A stretch of DNA of 64,000 nucleotides from Lytechinus pictus. Its lineage: Eukaryota. Below the pieces are notes generated by a model, which was not told the DNA's origin, ran no database searches, and saw only the letters and a list, made by a program, of their open reading frames with translations. A program made the translations under genes and the position numbers. Location: the NCBI RefSeq assembly GCF_037042905.1, contig NC_087251.1, forward strand, positions 22,508,001 through 22,572,000, read 5' to 3'. This document shows, piece after piece, positions 38,705 through 52,250 of this stretch; within the stretch, counting starts at the first letter, position 1, and every line of letters starts with the position of its first letter.

Positions 38705-39936
38705 TTAAATGTCTTCTTCGTGTTAGCGTCGCGTTTTAATGGTTGCGGCAAGATGCGATATGGGTTAATGGAATCGTCATAGGGCGTGTAAAGAGAACTG
38801 ATTAAAGTTTGCGCTTCTAGGCTTCCGTCACGTTTACATTAGCCAAAGGTTCTGTCACGGGAAATGAGGTATGGATGAAGTCAGACATCCTTCAGTGTTT
38901 TTCACCCAAGATTCCCCTTGCGTGGAGAAAGATATCTCTTGGTTGTAGAACGGAAAAGTTCGCGAATGGCTTCTCATTTCGCCTTTTTCGGACGGTTGTA
39001 GGATGAAGTACGTAGTTGCAGTGAGAAGTATTCGACTCAGTGAGAGTATGCTGAATATCATGTATTATTTTGATAATGGGCCATTGCGATGAAGGAAGAT
39101 TTACTCAATTCAGGAAGACAAAAATATATGTTTCTCCTCGTCAGTTTGTTCTGATCAAGATAATGACTCGAGGTGTGCGTATACGTTGTGGTGATGTGAA
39201 ATGTCCCACATGGCACACCTTCTACTAAAACAATGATGTGACACAATCATATTTTACATTAACAAATATAGTAATGGTTTTCCTTATTTATATCAGGTTT
39301 AAGATTTACGATACTGATACTGATATCATGATTTATGTTCAGTTCCACTTTCATATTATCCCACCATTCACTCACAAGAACTGTCCTCGTTGGCTGCAAT
39401 TTTCGGATTGTTGCAACTCAATTTGATCATGATTTGATACACTTTGTAGTATGGTAATGATATTCAAGATCACATGATCATAATAATTTACAACATCTTT
39501 AAGCATTACTGATTCTACACATTCTTCCATGCTGTCTGATAGTGTACCTTTATAGATATGTTGTTTGTTTTTTTAAGACTAGGCTACCCTGAATTTGAAT
39601 GCCTTAAAGTTCTGAATTACCTGCTTTATAATTTTAATCCAGCTATTTTCCTGCATATTTCCCTGCGTCTTTTCTTCTTGAATGATCCGAATATGAAGCG
39701 CACAGTTTCAGCAGGCCACTGTTCAACTTCAAACATGGCTGCCTGACATCTCACTCTTTGATTGGGCCGCACCTCTGATAGCCCCCTGGGTAGTGCGGGG
39801 GTATCAGTGCCAAATTAGCATCGACATTCGTGGGTAGAAAAGATCCGTGGCAGGGGTTAAAAAGCGTGTCACTCTCTTGCGTCGGGGGTAGTTGATCACG
39901 ACGGATAGAATGACAAGCCATTCTCAATGTAGATAA

Positions 39937-40780
39937 AGCTAGGGTTACACCAGAACCGTATTCGGGTAGTTTCGGGAGTATTATATGTTCTCCCTCCGCG
40001 AATGCGAGAAAATTCGGGAGGGATTCGGGAACATTCGCGGAGGAATTCGGCTAGTTTTGAACATTTCAAAACGAGCCTTCCAAAATACTCCCGAATGTGG
40101 CCACAACAAATTTCATTCGGGTCACATTTTGGATGTATTCGGATAATATTCGGTTGGATTAGGGGAGGCATTTGGGGTATTCTGAGCAGATTCGGACCGA
40201 TTCGTATCATTCGGGGCGAAAGGTCCGAGCGTGGTGCATTCGGTCATATCGTTACGATTCGGGTCAAGTTTTGGGTCATCATTGGTCAGTAATCGGAGTA
40301 ATCACGCCACATTCGGCTTGATTCTTGACACTATTCGGGTGGCATTCAGCTTTATTCGGGATGACCAAAATTGATTCGCCGGGTCAATTCTCGGTGATTC
40401 TGCGCTGAATCGGGACCAATTTGCCTTCATAGAGTACCGAAGTGTGACGTCACTGTCATGACAACGAACCGGCTGGTTCTAAACAAAGTCGCAGCTGACG
40501 ATCGTCTATACACATTTACATTTGCATAAATTACCATCATTCTGAGGTTGCAAGCGATAAAATTCCGTTAGCAGCCAGTTTTTCCTATGAGAAACACGCC
40601 CCGGGCTAATTTGCTTAGAACCAGGCCGCCATGACACCATGGCAACTGACGTCGTCGCTTCGGTACTCTATTCCTGGAGCTCCCCGAATCAGAAAGAAAC
40701 AAGTTCATAAATCGGGCCGTATTCGGGCAGAATCGGTTCGAATCTATTCGGGAAAAATCATTTCTGGTGTTACCCTGGCT
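39937..40780. mobile_element. PIF/Harbinger-like non-autonomous element rich in ATTCGG subrepeats, with a nested insertion
   Basis: TAA | AGCTAGGGTTACACCAGAA ... TTCTGGTGTTACCCTGGCT | TTA (TWA-type target, 17/19 TIR match). Confidence 0.78.
40431..40669. mobile_element. Nested MITE with AG..CT termini and AT TSD (ISL2EU-like)
   Basis: AT | AGAGTACCGAAG-TGTGACGTCA ... TGACGTCGTCG-CTTCGGTACTCT | AT; it interrupts the ATTCGG-rich host. Confidence 0.7.
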
Positions 40781-41277
40781 TTAGGAGAACCGTGAGAGTG
40801 CTCACCGAATTCTTTTTTAAAATGCCGTATAATGCACATTGCCACCGCTGTGGTTTGTCAGCATAAGAACTGTGCACGGTATAACTGCAAAGCTTTCTCG
40901 ACATTTCATGATGATATCGTTTAATACTCATAATTTTATTATTACTGATCACAACGACAAAGATGATGTTGACATTGGCTAATCTTGGTTTCTTGAAACC
41001 CGTGTATCATCTCGCAAAATCTTCATTGGAAAATGAATTATTGCGATTGAATGTGTTGAAATATAAACAAAAAAGATACGAATTGATCACACTCTCCAGA
41101 TCCATTGATATCACGGCTCTGTTCTTCCGAGAGTTCAAACTAAAATCTTTCTAAAACGCTTGATTCCTGTAAAGTTTATTACGATTTATCTTGCAAATGA
41201 TAACAAAATACATGTTTCTCTAATACAAACGCATAATAATGGACGATCTCCTGACTGGACAATATATTTTTTTATAG

Positions 41278-41519
41278 ATCAGGAAAGGCGACTGTACTTT
41301 CGAGATGACCCCCATCTTGGAATACAGTGGCGGAGAACACTCCAACAACGATGCCATTGTAAGTTTGTATGGAGTGAAGGAGATATGAATGGCGCCGGTA
41401 AAATCGACGGTTTGGTCTGCAGGGACCTGATGGCAGGAAAGGAGTACGGCGAGAAGGGGTACCAGAAGAACCTGCTGGTCAATAAATTTTGTCACCGTGG
41501 TCACAAGAATAGAACATGA
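41278..41519 (+). CDS. Probable terminal coding exon (phase 1) of an unidentified gene
   Basis: Acceptor TATTTTTTTATAG|AT; open frame (x)QERRLYFRDDPHLGIQWRRTLQQRCHCKFVWSEGDMNGAGKIDGLVCRDLMAGKEYGEKGYQKNLLVNKFCHRGHKNRT*; raised GC and G/C-ending codons (AAG GAG TAC GGC GAG AAG GGG TAC CAG AAG AAC CTG CTG GTC); AATAAA at 41736. Product not recognised. Confidence 0.5.
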
Positions 41520-41765
41520 GCACACTCGTGGACCTTTCCTTTGTCTCTCTCCTTCTCTCTTTCTTTCGATTTTGAACTTCCTGAAGATTTTCAGAGGAAA
41601 AAAATTCTCTTCGAGACAGCTCGTTATCGTGTTTGTCTTTCTAGAGGGGAAAAAGGGGAGTTTCCCTGGAAAATAAGTACAAAGTATTAGTATTTGGGAC
41701 ATTAGTTACTTTGTAGTGGGAGGGTTAGAACATGAAATAAACTTAATAGCTCCCTCTACTACGAT

Positions 41766-42121
41766 GGCCATTTCCTTGTCCAAATGTCCAAATTCGGTCC
41801 ATCAACATTTCGGCTAACAACTATTTGGTCCAATCATCACTTCGTCTAATCACCGTTTCGTCTATGACCATTTCGCCTCATAACCAGTTGGTTTAATATC
41901 CATTTCATTGTCATTCATTTTGCACAATTAACCCTTAGTCCAATTGGACCAAATGGTATATGGACTAAATGGCTATTGGACCAACTGGTTATTAGAAAAA
42001 ATGGTGATTGGACGAAACGGCAATTAGACCATATGGATAGTGGACGAACTGATGGTAGACCAAATGATAGTAGACGAGTTGGCAATTGGACGAATTGGCA
42101 TTAGACTTATGGAAATAGACC
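41766..42121. mobile_element. MITE family B, copy 2
   Basis: Colinear with 26412-26832 (e.g. GGACTAAATGGCTATTGG, CTGATGGTAGACCAAATGATAGTAGACGAGTTGGCAATT). Confidence 0.78.
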
Positions 42122-43442
42122 TGCTAAAAGCCCATATATATCCACATTTCAAATGGGAATGAAATAACCTTTTTTCTTTCCAAAACAAAGTAAAATATTG
42201 TAAGTAAGTTTTTTTTTTACTCATGCAGTATACTCGAGTTTTTATAATTTTGTCATTTTATCATATTGCATTGTTATAATAGCTGTAAAATGTTAGGGGC
42301 ACTTGGCTTGAAATCTCGATGAAAATGTCAAAATTTGTCTTGATCAAAACAGTTGTGTATAAATAGAAACTAGGGAAATCGAGTGGAACACTGTACTCTG
42401 ATTTCATTATGTCTATGAAAATATAATTTCAAGACAAGAATGATCATGCATGTCGCATGTTCTCGTTACTATAGCTCTCTCATCTTTCCGTCTCTCTCTC
42501 CGTCTCTTTCTTTTTGCCTGTCACTCACTCTCCTATCTCTACCTCTATATTTATTTCCTTGTATTTCCTTCCATATCTTTATCTCCTTGTTCTTTTATAA
42601 TTATCTTCTCCCATCTTCAATGTTTCAATTTCTTGTACATTTTCTATTTCCCTTATATACGTTTTACATCCGTTAAAATTATTTATCTATCCTATATAAA
42701 GTTTGCAAATGGCTGAATGAATACAATAATAAATAATTGAAAGAATTATTACTATAATTGATATGTAGTTTTATATACACCAATATCTTCTTTTCTGTTA
42801 TACAGTCAATTCTACAGTCTCTCCGTCAGCCCCATATTCTCCCCTCTCTCTCTCTCTCTATCCCTCCCTCTTTCTTTACCTTTGATAATTATATCTTATC
42901 ACTTGTAAAAATAAAAATGGGAACGACGGAAAATGGAGAAGAAATGCATCTGAAACATTATAGTGAGGCTCTCTGGCTTGTCTGTTTCTTGGATTACATT
43001 TAAAGGAGGTGCTACCGTTCTATTTTTCTCTCAAACCGTTTACAGATAAATGGCAAAACTGTGAATTCAAGATAGCATTGGAAATGTCGAAATTAATAAT
43101 AATTCTATAATACGAAAATATACACCCCCGCTCCCTACATCTATCATTTTCCTTTGTTATTTTGTGTGTGTGTGTATCCGAAACTTGTCTGAGGCTTTCT
43201 ATTCGGTCCTATTCTACATCACGTCTTTCTCCATCACATGTTGTTCTCCGTCAACATAAATCTTTAGAAACGGTATTCTTTTTATTTAAAAAAGATCGAG
43301 AGTCGTTTCATGCTGGGATGTGAATATCTCTGTAAGGTAATTTACGAGACTCATTTCCTTTGTCATGTTTGTGGTATTAAATGATGCTGAATTCTTCGCT
43401 TAGGACTCGTCGTTCTAACAGTCCCTTTCTTTCCCTTCTTTG

Positions 43443-43577
43443 CAGGGGCGGAAATCTCTCCCAAAAGATAGGGGGACGAGGGGCTGGAAAATTTGACAAG
43501 CAAAAAAAACATCATAAAATACCAAAAATAGTAGGGAGGACATTTGATATTGTGTCCCCCTACTATTTCCGCCCATG
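43443..43577. mobile_element. hAT-like MITE (135 bp) with perfect 8-bp TSD
   Basis: CTTCTTTG | CAGGGGCGGAAAT ... ATTTCCGCCCATG | CTTCTTTG. Confidence 0.88.
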
Positions 43578-44047
43578 CTTCTTTGCTACAATTCCAGCAT
43601 GTGCCATTTGAAAATCAAACCATCTCTCCAGATATGGAAGGGATGAAGGTAGAAAGTATTTGAGATGTTTTCGTTCATGGCTGGAATAATCAAGGCGAAT
43701 AAATCACTTAGAATAGAAATACGCATTCATAAATCTGAAGTAGCTTGTTGAACACAGTGATTTATGATAGCAATATAAAATATTTTATTCGCCATATTCT
43801 TTTTGTTTCTTTTCACTCAAGTGATTACCAAGCATGGTAGCAGTATAAATATGACAAATGATTCCCTACCCATGCTTCACTTAATGTGGGTCTACGTGCC
43901 TGTAGGCTTCACTTGCCCATCCGCCACGTTTTCTTTAATCGACCAAAAGCAAGATTTTGATTGAATGTTTAATATTTAACAAAAGTTTCTATAAAATAAA
44001 TGTATATTGTTATTTTGACTCAATTATGAAATTTTGTTTTATTGCAA

Positions 44048-44175
44048 TGATGAAGATGATAATGAATGATAATAATAATACAAATAGTGATAATAATGAT
44101 AATAATAATTATAATAATAGTAATAATAATAACAGTGGTAGTAGAAATAATAGAAGAAGTAGTAGTGATAGTAAT
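44048..44175. repeat. Degenerate (AAT/GAT/AGT)n trinucleotide repeat
   Basis: Direct reading; source of the Asn-rich and Tyr-rich spurious ORFs. Confidence 0.85.
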
Positions 44176-45222
44176 GCAACTTTCCATTTCCTAAGGGAAA
44201 GAAAAAGGATGGCTGAGTAATAATCCTGAAATATCGACCATCCTCGTTGACTCTTATTACCTTACAAATGTTTTTGTTTATCATGACTGTATTGCAATGA
44301 ATACAATTGCTATTGGTTTTTTTTTCACACACTCTTATACCTACCTACATCTCTGCTTTTGTTTCTCTAAGTACATATAATATAGGAATAATTTCCGTTA
44401 AACTACTACTTATTTACTTCAGCTTGAAAGAGTAGAAAAGAGTTTGGCTAGAGTACATACACTGCATTATTCTGTCGTCATCAAATCACTATGCTCAGAT
44501 GGAAGTGCGTTGTGTAACGTGCTTTTAACGGATTTATAATACATTAGTCGCACTTCAATTCCATTCTGTAGATGCAAAAGATGGGGATAGTAAGAAACCG
44601 ATTTTTTTTTCAGCTTAAGCCCTGAAGGCAAAACCACATCGTATTAATCTCGCCGATGAGGGCTGCTTTTAGCATGATTATTGTTTCTTGATGCAGTCAG
44701 AAAAGCAGTGAAATACTAAAAACTTTGATCGATTTTCAGCCCAAAATACTCTCTTTCCTGTCAGCGGCCTGAAGGCAAACTTACCGTGGAAAGTTGTGCT
44801 ATGAATTGATATTGTGTCTACACTGGATGTAAAATGTACTTGTCAGGTACTTTTCTTTTCTCTCTTTTTACGTTTCCCTTCTATTATACTTTCTTTAAAA
44901 AATAGTTTCAGGCATAGAGATACGTACAGGAGTGACTCTTTTTGGAGATAGCCCTACCTTTATCTTAGAAGAGTGTCATTTGAAACTGAGCATCCTTACA
45001 GCTCTTAATCCTATACATGCCCCTTGATCTTCCGCCATAATGGTTCCATGGCACTTAAACGATAGGGCTGACTTAGTGCTAAACTACATTGAACCCATAT
45101 TATGGAATACGTACAGGTGAGCATCATGTCGGCATATTGTTGTTATCGGGGGTAGATATGAACTAGGTAGAGACATGTTCTTTCCTAAGATCCACGACGA
45201 CGTAGCCCTGTCATCTATGAAT

Positions 45223-45545
45223 CACTTGGTCTACCACAATGTTGTCTACTCGTCGTTTGGTCTCATAACATGCGCTCTACTCTCAGTTCGTCTACAGGTT
45301 GTCCGTCTTATAACCATTTGGTCTAATTGCCATTTAGCCCAATTACCATAATTGTTGAGTTTTTAATCAAACTAAACCATTTCGTCCTATACATGGGCAT
45401 TAGATTAAATGGCAGTTAGGAATTAGACCTGCTGATGATTTGACCGAATGCTAATTATACCATATCGATGGTAGACCTAGTGGATTAAGCCATGATGGTG
45501 GTGACAATTTGAGAAATATACCATCTGCTGGTGGAACAAATGGAT
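45223..45545. mobile_element. Old, degenerate relative of MITE family B
   Basis: TTGGTCTA/TTCGTCTA units on the left, TAGACC/TTAGAT units on the right; boundaries approximate. Confidence 0.45.
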
Positions 45546-47805
45546 GAAAAAATAACTTTCTTCATGGATGAGCTTTGATAATATGTATCCGATTTACATG
45601 TTGCACTTGACGGCTATGTCTTGCAAGTGCACAAACATAATAATAAATGTCTTAATTCATCCCTTAAAATCTGGTATTTTTTAGGGGTTTTTTTTACAAC
45701 TAATGTTTCTTTCAAACGTAAATGCCTTCTGATACATCAACAATATATATCGCTCTAATCAATGATGAAGAAAAGGGTTCCAGGAATATCACACACAAAT
45801 GTTAGCATTATTTGATGCTGTCTATCATGTGCTAAAAAATTTCATTTTAGCGAATCCTGCCATGTGTAAACAGAATGTGATCTACGCACTTGTATTAACT
45901 AAAATAATCCTTCGTTGTACTGGAGCATGTGCCGCTATATTACTATTCAACAACTTTACGATTGGTATTTCTATTCCAAAAATAGCCTCGTTGTTTATAA
46001 TACCAATTCCATACTTTTCATCCTTGTCATACAAATGGTTTGAAAGATGAATGATTACCCGAGTAAAATGCAAAAACAAAGTCTACTACGAAATCATTTT
46101 CCGCTGCAGTGGAACTGTCGTTTTCATGAAAGCGATTCAACACTCAGAATAAGTTATTACTGTAATCTAGCTCCGTGTTAACTGTGGGTGTCCACTATTT
46201 TCATCATTTTAGGGACTGGGGGTTCGGATGCTCTGCTTTGCCCGAAAACTTGATGTCTTTGTGTATCATTTCAAATTTCAAACAGGCTTTTGAGTTAAAA
46301 AAAAACATTATTAGTCTATATTACTTGTCAATGCAGAACGTCTTTGTTATATTTCAGTTTCTAAACGGTATCAAAATATTTGTTCATATTTTTTGTCTTG
46401 TCGAGACCGCCATTAATTTCAGGCTATTTTATTGTAATGGCGACCATCTGCAACATTCTGTGCTGATTCAGGCTCTTTTTTACATAAGAAAAAAAGAAAC
46501 ACCTAAGCCGTTCGTATTTCATTGTTTTGCATGATAATAATGTATTGATCAATGATTTCAACATAATTTTATAAAATGTGGGTATTGGATTAATCCGACT
46601 CGACTAAACATCTGAAATCAATGGGCAAAGCTATTGAAAGTGTGTTTGCAATTGACCTTTGTATTATAATTTATATAAGATTGTAATTATAACAAGGATG
46701 TGTACCTCTTGATTAGGGACATGAGGAAGGAATACATTTCAATATTTAAGAAGTTCTATTAAATCACCTTCCAAGGCATTTGCGCCCGTTTTGGAATCAA
46801 TTGATATGTAAAATCAATATTATCAGTGTCATTGATAATATCCGAAATAGTACTTTCATGTTAGTCATTTACGATAATTGGTCAGATAGTTGTCCCTTTC
46901 AGGTTTAGCGGTTTTGTTCTACCATGGTCGAAGAGTCAAAAGTGAATTCGACGATCGATATCTTTAACTTGTGACATAATGATAGAATGAAAACCGGATT
47001 AATTTATACGAAAAGTTCATCTTCTCTTTTGATTTTATGGTGTAAAAATAATTATATTTCGCATTCATGTAAACGGTGCTTAAACAACAGGAGTCTAAGA
47101 AGGATACCTGAAATCGTTTACATCAATTTTGTGGTCGATGATATCTGCTCATGTAAAGGACGCAAAGGGGTTGATTATTACATGAGTCATCACGCGTTTG
47201 TGGACGACGGCTCATTTGGGGTCCATCCTCGAATAGTGGGTAGAGGTACCTCAAGGAGCTGTCTTCGTACCGATTCGAGTCAGATGGTGCTTGAAGCTGA
47301 AGTGGCATCGGACGTATGATCGCATTGGGTATCAGTTTGAAACCGTCCTGTTTCTAACCAGGCAAATGTTGCCAATCGATATATCTAGTTTATAGCCTTT
47401 GGATACCATTCAATGTGTTATGCCAGAAGAAGGTGACGAAGTTGGGAAGACAGAGAGAGAGATAGAGAGACGCAGAGAGAGGGAAGATAGGGTGGGGGGG
47501 GGTAAGAGGAGAGGACGGGAAGAATAAGGGAGATGGTGTGTTTTATTTATAAAGGCAAGTAGGTCCATGATAAAGGGGAGAGAGTGTGATTCAGATGGGA
47601 AGTAGAGATGAAAGACGACGGAACGAATACAAATTTTAAGATTTAGAATGAGACAAGAATATGAACGTCAATGAAGTTGATAGAAGTATAATGGTAGAGA
47701 GGAGAAAGAGAGATCAAGGAAAAGAAATGAGAGTGTGTATCTGTATGTGCGTGTGCGTGCGCGCGTTGTGTTTGTATGAGGATTTGTAGGTGGGTGGGTG
47801 TCTTA

Positions 47806-48249
47806 GGGTGTGTTCAGTGTCGATTTTCAAATTTAAACAGCACCGAACACAAACACGATCGGCGGTGCACCGTTCAGTGTCGAAAATGTAAAGCCGTTTC
47901 TATTATGTTGATCGTCTTTAAATTTACCCGCTTTCGGTAGCGTAGCTTTAGTGCTCACTTTGGCTCATCAAAGAAAGGTCAGTTCTGGCTCATGTTTGTG
48001 TAGAGCAAATTTAAAGACGTTTCAAAACGCAATTGTGTTAAAAGTCGCATTCGCGATGCTCAAGGTCGTAAATTTGAGCTGATTGCGTTTAAAAACGCAT
48101 CTTTTTTTACGGTTAAATTTTCATCCGAATCATGATTTGAGAGACGTTTACTTTTACGACCGGGAATAGTGGACATTGAACATACCTTTTGTTTGTCATC
48201 ATATCTGCGTTTTAAATCATGATCCATGTTGCCAATATTGAACACATCC
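47806..48249. mobile_element. PIF/Harbinger-like MITE
   Basis: TTA | GGGTGTGTTCA ... TGAACACATCC | TTA; recurring AAATTT motifs inside. Confidence 0.72.
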
Positions 48250-51200
48250 TTAGTAGGAGAGTGGGAGTGAGTGGGATGGATAATGGCGACAATAGGGAGA
48301 ATGCACGTTTCAAGTTTCTCCAACTTATATGCAGACAAGTGCTCGATTACTCAATGTGTAATTAGTTTCGATATGGTTTCTTGTTTGCCTTTTCATCTAG
48401 GGTGCCATTTCTTTGACCGCTTCTAGGGTAGCTAGGCGGCCATGCTTTATGCCATATTGATAGTAAAGTATCCTGTATTGTCTTTACAAGCCTGATCCAG
48501 ACCTTAGGGCAGTAAAAAAAGAGGTTGCTCGGCGGTGCAGGAGTGAGAGAAGGAAGCAAGGAGTCGTGTGAATACATATATAAGAAGATCGAACATTAAA
48601 GTTATATATTTAGATCGATCTATCTATATTTCTTCATATATTCTACATATTTTCTCATATTTTTTTCATTTCCAGCGTTTCATAATGTTCTTTGTGAATG
48701 TATTATTATTGTGTGAAAATGGCTTCTCAATGGAGTTTGATATGTAATATGCGGTACAGAACATCATTCAAGTGAAGACGTTTTAATGATTGACGGTTGG
48801 TCATCAGAAAATGCAGCTAGGAATTATCGATTAATGAGGACTCATTTGCAGAGCTCACTTTTCTTCCCAACCGTTATCAAAGGCTCATAGTCAGATCATT
48901 CATCCAGATTTCTTGCTTGTAACTCCTCTGATATTTGTTATTAATATGATAACTAGGAATACATTAAAATGCTAATAAGTAAGGATCTGCGATCATGATT
49001 TAACATTAAAAGATATTAACAGTAGCACCGGGTGCACAGACGGTCACTGCCCTCATGCTCGTATGTACAACACCAAAAGGTGTTTTCTCTAAATGAAGTC
49101 GTAACCAAAGCGTGAATAAAAGGTGAATTCAAGTGTATAGGAAATCACGAAGTAAGGGAGGTAAGGCTGTATCGATGCTTTGGAGCATCGTTAAATGTTT
49201 CATCCTGAAGAAAATTACATGTCATGTAGAAGGTGTGAGACCCATCGACACCGAATGTTATTGAATGGATAAACAATGCCGCCAGCATTAATAGCTTTTT
49301 GTCTCACAGCCCAGACGAATGATGTTGGATATGAGTTAAAAGCGCAAAAAAATTACTCGTTGTAAATGGCGGAAACATGAATCCACTACTAGACGAGGCA
49401 CTGATTGGATACGTTTTGAAGAATTGTCACGCCCTCGTTAACTTCAAAAGACTAGAGTTACGACTATCTCTGTGTGTGATTTATTATTTTGGTAGCATGC
49501 TTCTAAAATGTCTAGCAAGAATGCGGTACCCTCATTGAAGATGTATTGCTTTCCACTATTTTTTTTTCTTGGGGTGGAAGAATTGGGAAAAGTTTAAGAA
49601 ACTTTTTGAGAAGTTTTAATAGTTATAATTAATATAATGTGAGATAGTGTATGCATCCATTATTTAACCAAAAGATTATCGTGGACGATGAAAAAAAATC
49701 AATCAATTGGTATTTCAATTTTACTTTCTCTCATGCTTTGATGGGATAGGCAGGTCAGCAATTATTTAGTACTTGGTCCACCTTTTTGTGATGAAATATG
49801 ATGCATGTATTGCAGATGTTTGGAATATTGTGTCATGTGATTGATGATGAGAATTATAAATATGATACTGTCAGGTGAAATGCTACTGTTCTCGTTATTT
49901 TGTTTATCACAGTAATTTACCTTTATTATTATTAAAACATCGTAATTTTGTTGTAAAAAATATATTATTTAACATATTTGTTTGTTTCTTCCTTAGAAGA
50001 ATTCCAGACCGCATATAACGTTTCTATATGTTGATAAAGACGAGTTTTATCTTCACTTAAGAAATCAAAATTTTAGTTCTGTCGTAAGGAATCAAACCTT
50101 ATAATTCTATGCTTCTATTTTAATTCTCGAATGCTCACCAAATCTCACCTAGTAGTAATTGATGAGAATATGCTTCAGGAGTTAAACCTGAATATCATTA
50201 CCCTAGATGGTGTCGGCAGTATAACAGTGTTCGCTTGGGTGAAATTGGACATCGTTGAAACTGATCACATCGAGTGAGTCATGTGACATTCTCTAGATAA
50301 CTCCACTCAATCTCATATTCTTTCCCGGTCGGTAGTTGGAGTTTGGACCTTGAAAATGAGGTGAGTTAGGGGGGCATCTGACTTGTTGATGGGGGTGTAA
50401 TGAAGGGATCACTCCCCAGATTTCATTCCTTAATTGAATGTATTGCGCTATAATTGAAGCGGGCGGGTCGGAATCGAAGCGTGAAATCATTGCATGAATC
50501 TCGTCTGAGCTTGTTGATTCGGGAAGCGACACAAGAAGTAACTTAGATATATGGTAAAAAAGAGGTAGTGTATATTATATACATGGAGTGAAATAAAGCT
50601 GAATTTCTATCCACCTGATCCAACGTGGCGCCACATGAAAGGCAATTATTCAATTTCACTGTTATTAAGAAAGAAAGGCGAGTTGCCTGGTGGGTAACCA
50701 AGTGCTTCCCTTAATGTTTCATTAAAATGCGTTTAGGATGTTTTCAGTCATTAACGGGTCCCAGTCATTGAGGACCTCATCTTCTCCCAATATCCCAACC
50801 ATGGCCAAAGTCATCGTCTATCTGCCCCTGAAGATTGTCATAACAAGTGGTAAACTTAGCATCAGAAAATATCAAGACTAATGACTATCAATAATGATTC
50901 TTAATTGACCGATGAATAAAATCATTCGATTTTAAAACGTATATCCTATCTTGACATGCAGCAAGAAAATAAATTTGGCAGGTCCAAAAGTCAGATCTAT
51001 CGTTTTCTCATAAGTACAATAACGCACCCCTCTATTCAACTCCATAAATAACACTAAGTTAATTTTCTGTGTCTTTCAGAATGAACATTGGATAATAAAT
51101 TATTTCCGGTGAAGGGTGAAAACGGAGTTATGTCGAGTGCCTGAGCATCAAGTGAATGGTCACATTTCTAAATCAATTTTCTGACAGCGATCTGTTTCCA

Positions 51201-51980
51201 CACAATGGTAGTATCTTCTTTGCGTTCATTGTCTGTATTGCATTATAAGGGTATGAATTTGATTCAAACTGAGAAAACATCATATTGATTAAATTGCACA
51301 TTTCGGTAATTTACCAACATGTGGAAATTACCACGAGGTACTGATCTTGAAATCTCCCTTTTGCTAATTTGGAATGATTTGTTCCTGATCCATGATGGAT
51401 GTTGACAAATTATTGAAATCAGTGCAACAATTTTACCAAACCAAGTAAATTCCAATAGTTACCACCATTTATAATATCAATTCCTGTTCTCCCTTTGTCT
51501 GTCAAATTCGGAAAAAAAAATTGATGATAGCCTCGCACCTTGGCTCACCCCACCGTCAAACATTGCGATGTGGTGTGTTTAGGCCTCGACAAATAACTCG
51601 CTTTGCAATGTTTATTGAAACAAGGTGCAAACAGTGTCGCATAACCATGATCAGCGCACAAACTGTGTCGAATGGCCCAGGGTGGATAGAAGATCCATTT
51701 TTCTACTCGCTTGGCTAGACCGTATCACAAATATCAAGGTTTGAACAGGGGTGGTGGTGGTGGGGGGGGAGGGGGGGTCAAGCAAAAGATGATACGCAAT
51801 GGTGTAGCCAAAACATCTTATGAATGGGGGAGGGGTCTGGGAATACGTAGCGGAATAGGAATATGATAGGATGTTTGGAATTTGTAAGTCCATTTATATG
51901 GAAGCTGAAAAGTGCCACCGAGATGTTGAGATAATTATCTTGGGAAGTCGAGATCATGATAGCAAAAGATCAGATGACGA

Positions 51981-52250
51981 GATCCCGGATCTCATCATGT
52001 CAACATCTTTTAGAAGAGATGATGAGATGACAAGATCCCGGATCTCATCGTGTCAACATCTTTTAGAAGAGATGATGAGATGACAAGATCCCGGATCTCA
52101 TCATGTCAACATCCTATTGAAGAGATGATCAGATGTCAAGATCCCGGATCTTATCATGTCGACATCTTTTAGAAGAGATGATCAGATGACAAGATCTCGG
52201 ATCTCATCATGTCGACATCTTGTAGAAGAGATGATCAGTTGACAAGATCC
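51981..52250 (+). repeat. 53-bp minisatellite array, about 5 units
   Basis: Unit GATCCCGGATCTCATCATGTCAACATCTTTTAGAAGAGATGATGAGATGACAA starts at 51981, 52034, 52087, 52140 and 52193. Confidence 0.95.

Noticed and set aside
41330..41375. QRCHCKFVW resembling the Wnt C-terminal RCxCKFxWCC motif
   Set aside because: The following CC..C..C and the preceding C..CCGRG cysteines are absent, so Wnt is not supported.
41220..41702. Longest ORF in the track (160 aa, minus strand) as a gene
   Set aside because: No recognisable domain; better explained as the antisense shadow of the plus-strand exon candidate.
43957..44332. Asn-rich and Tyr-rich ORFs
   Set aside because: Translations of an (AAT)n-type microsatellite.
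50132..50280. 48-codon ATG-started frame ending at a GTGAGT donor-like site
   Set aside because: Short, no homology I can recognise and no partner exon.
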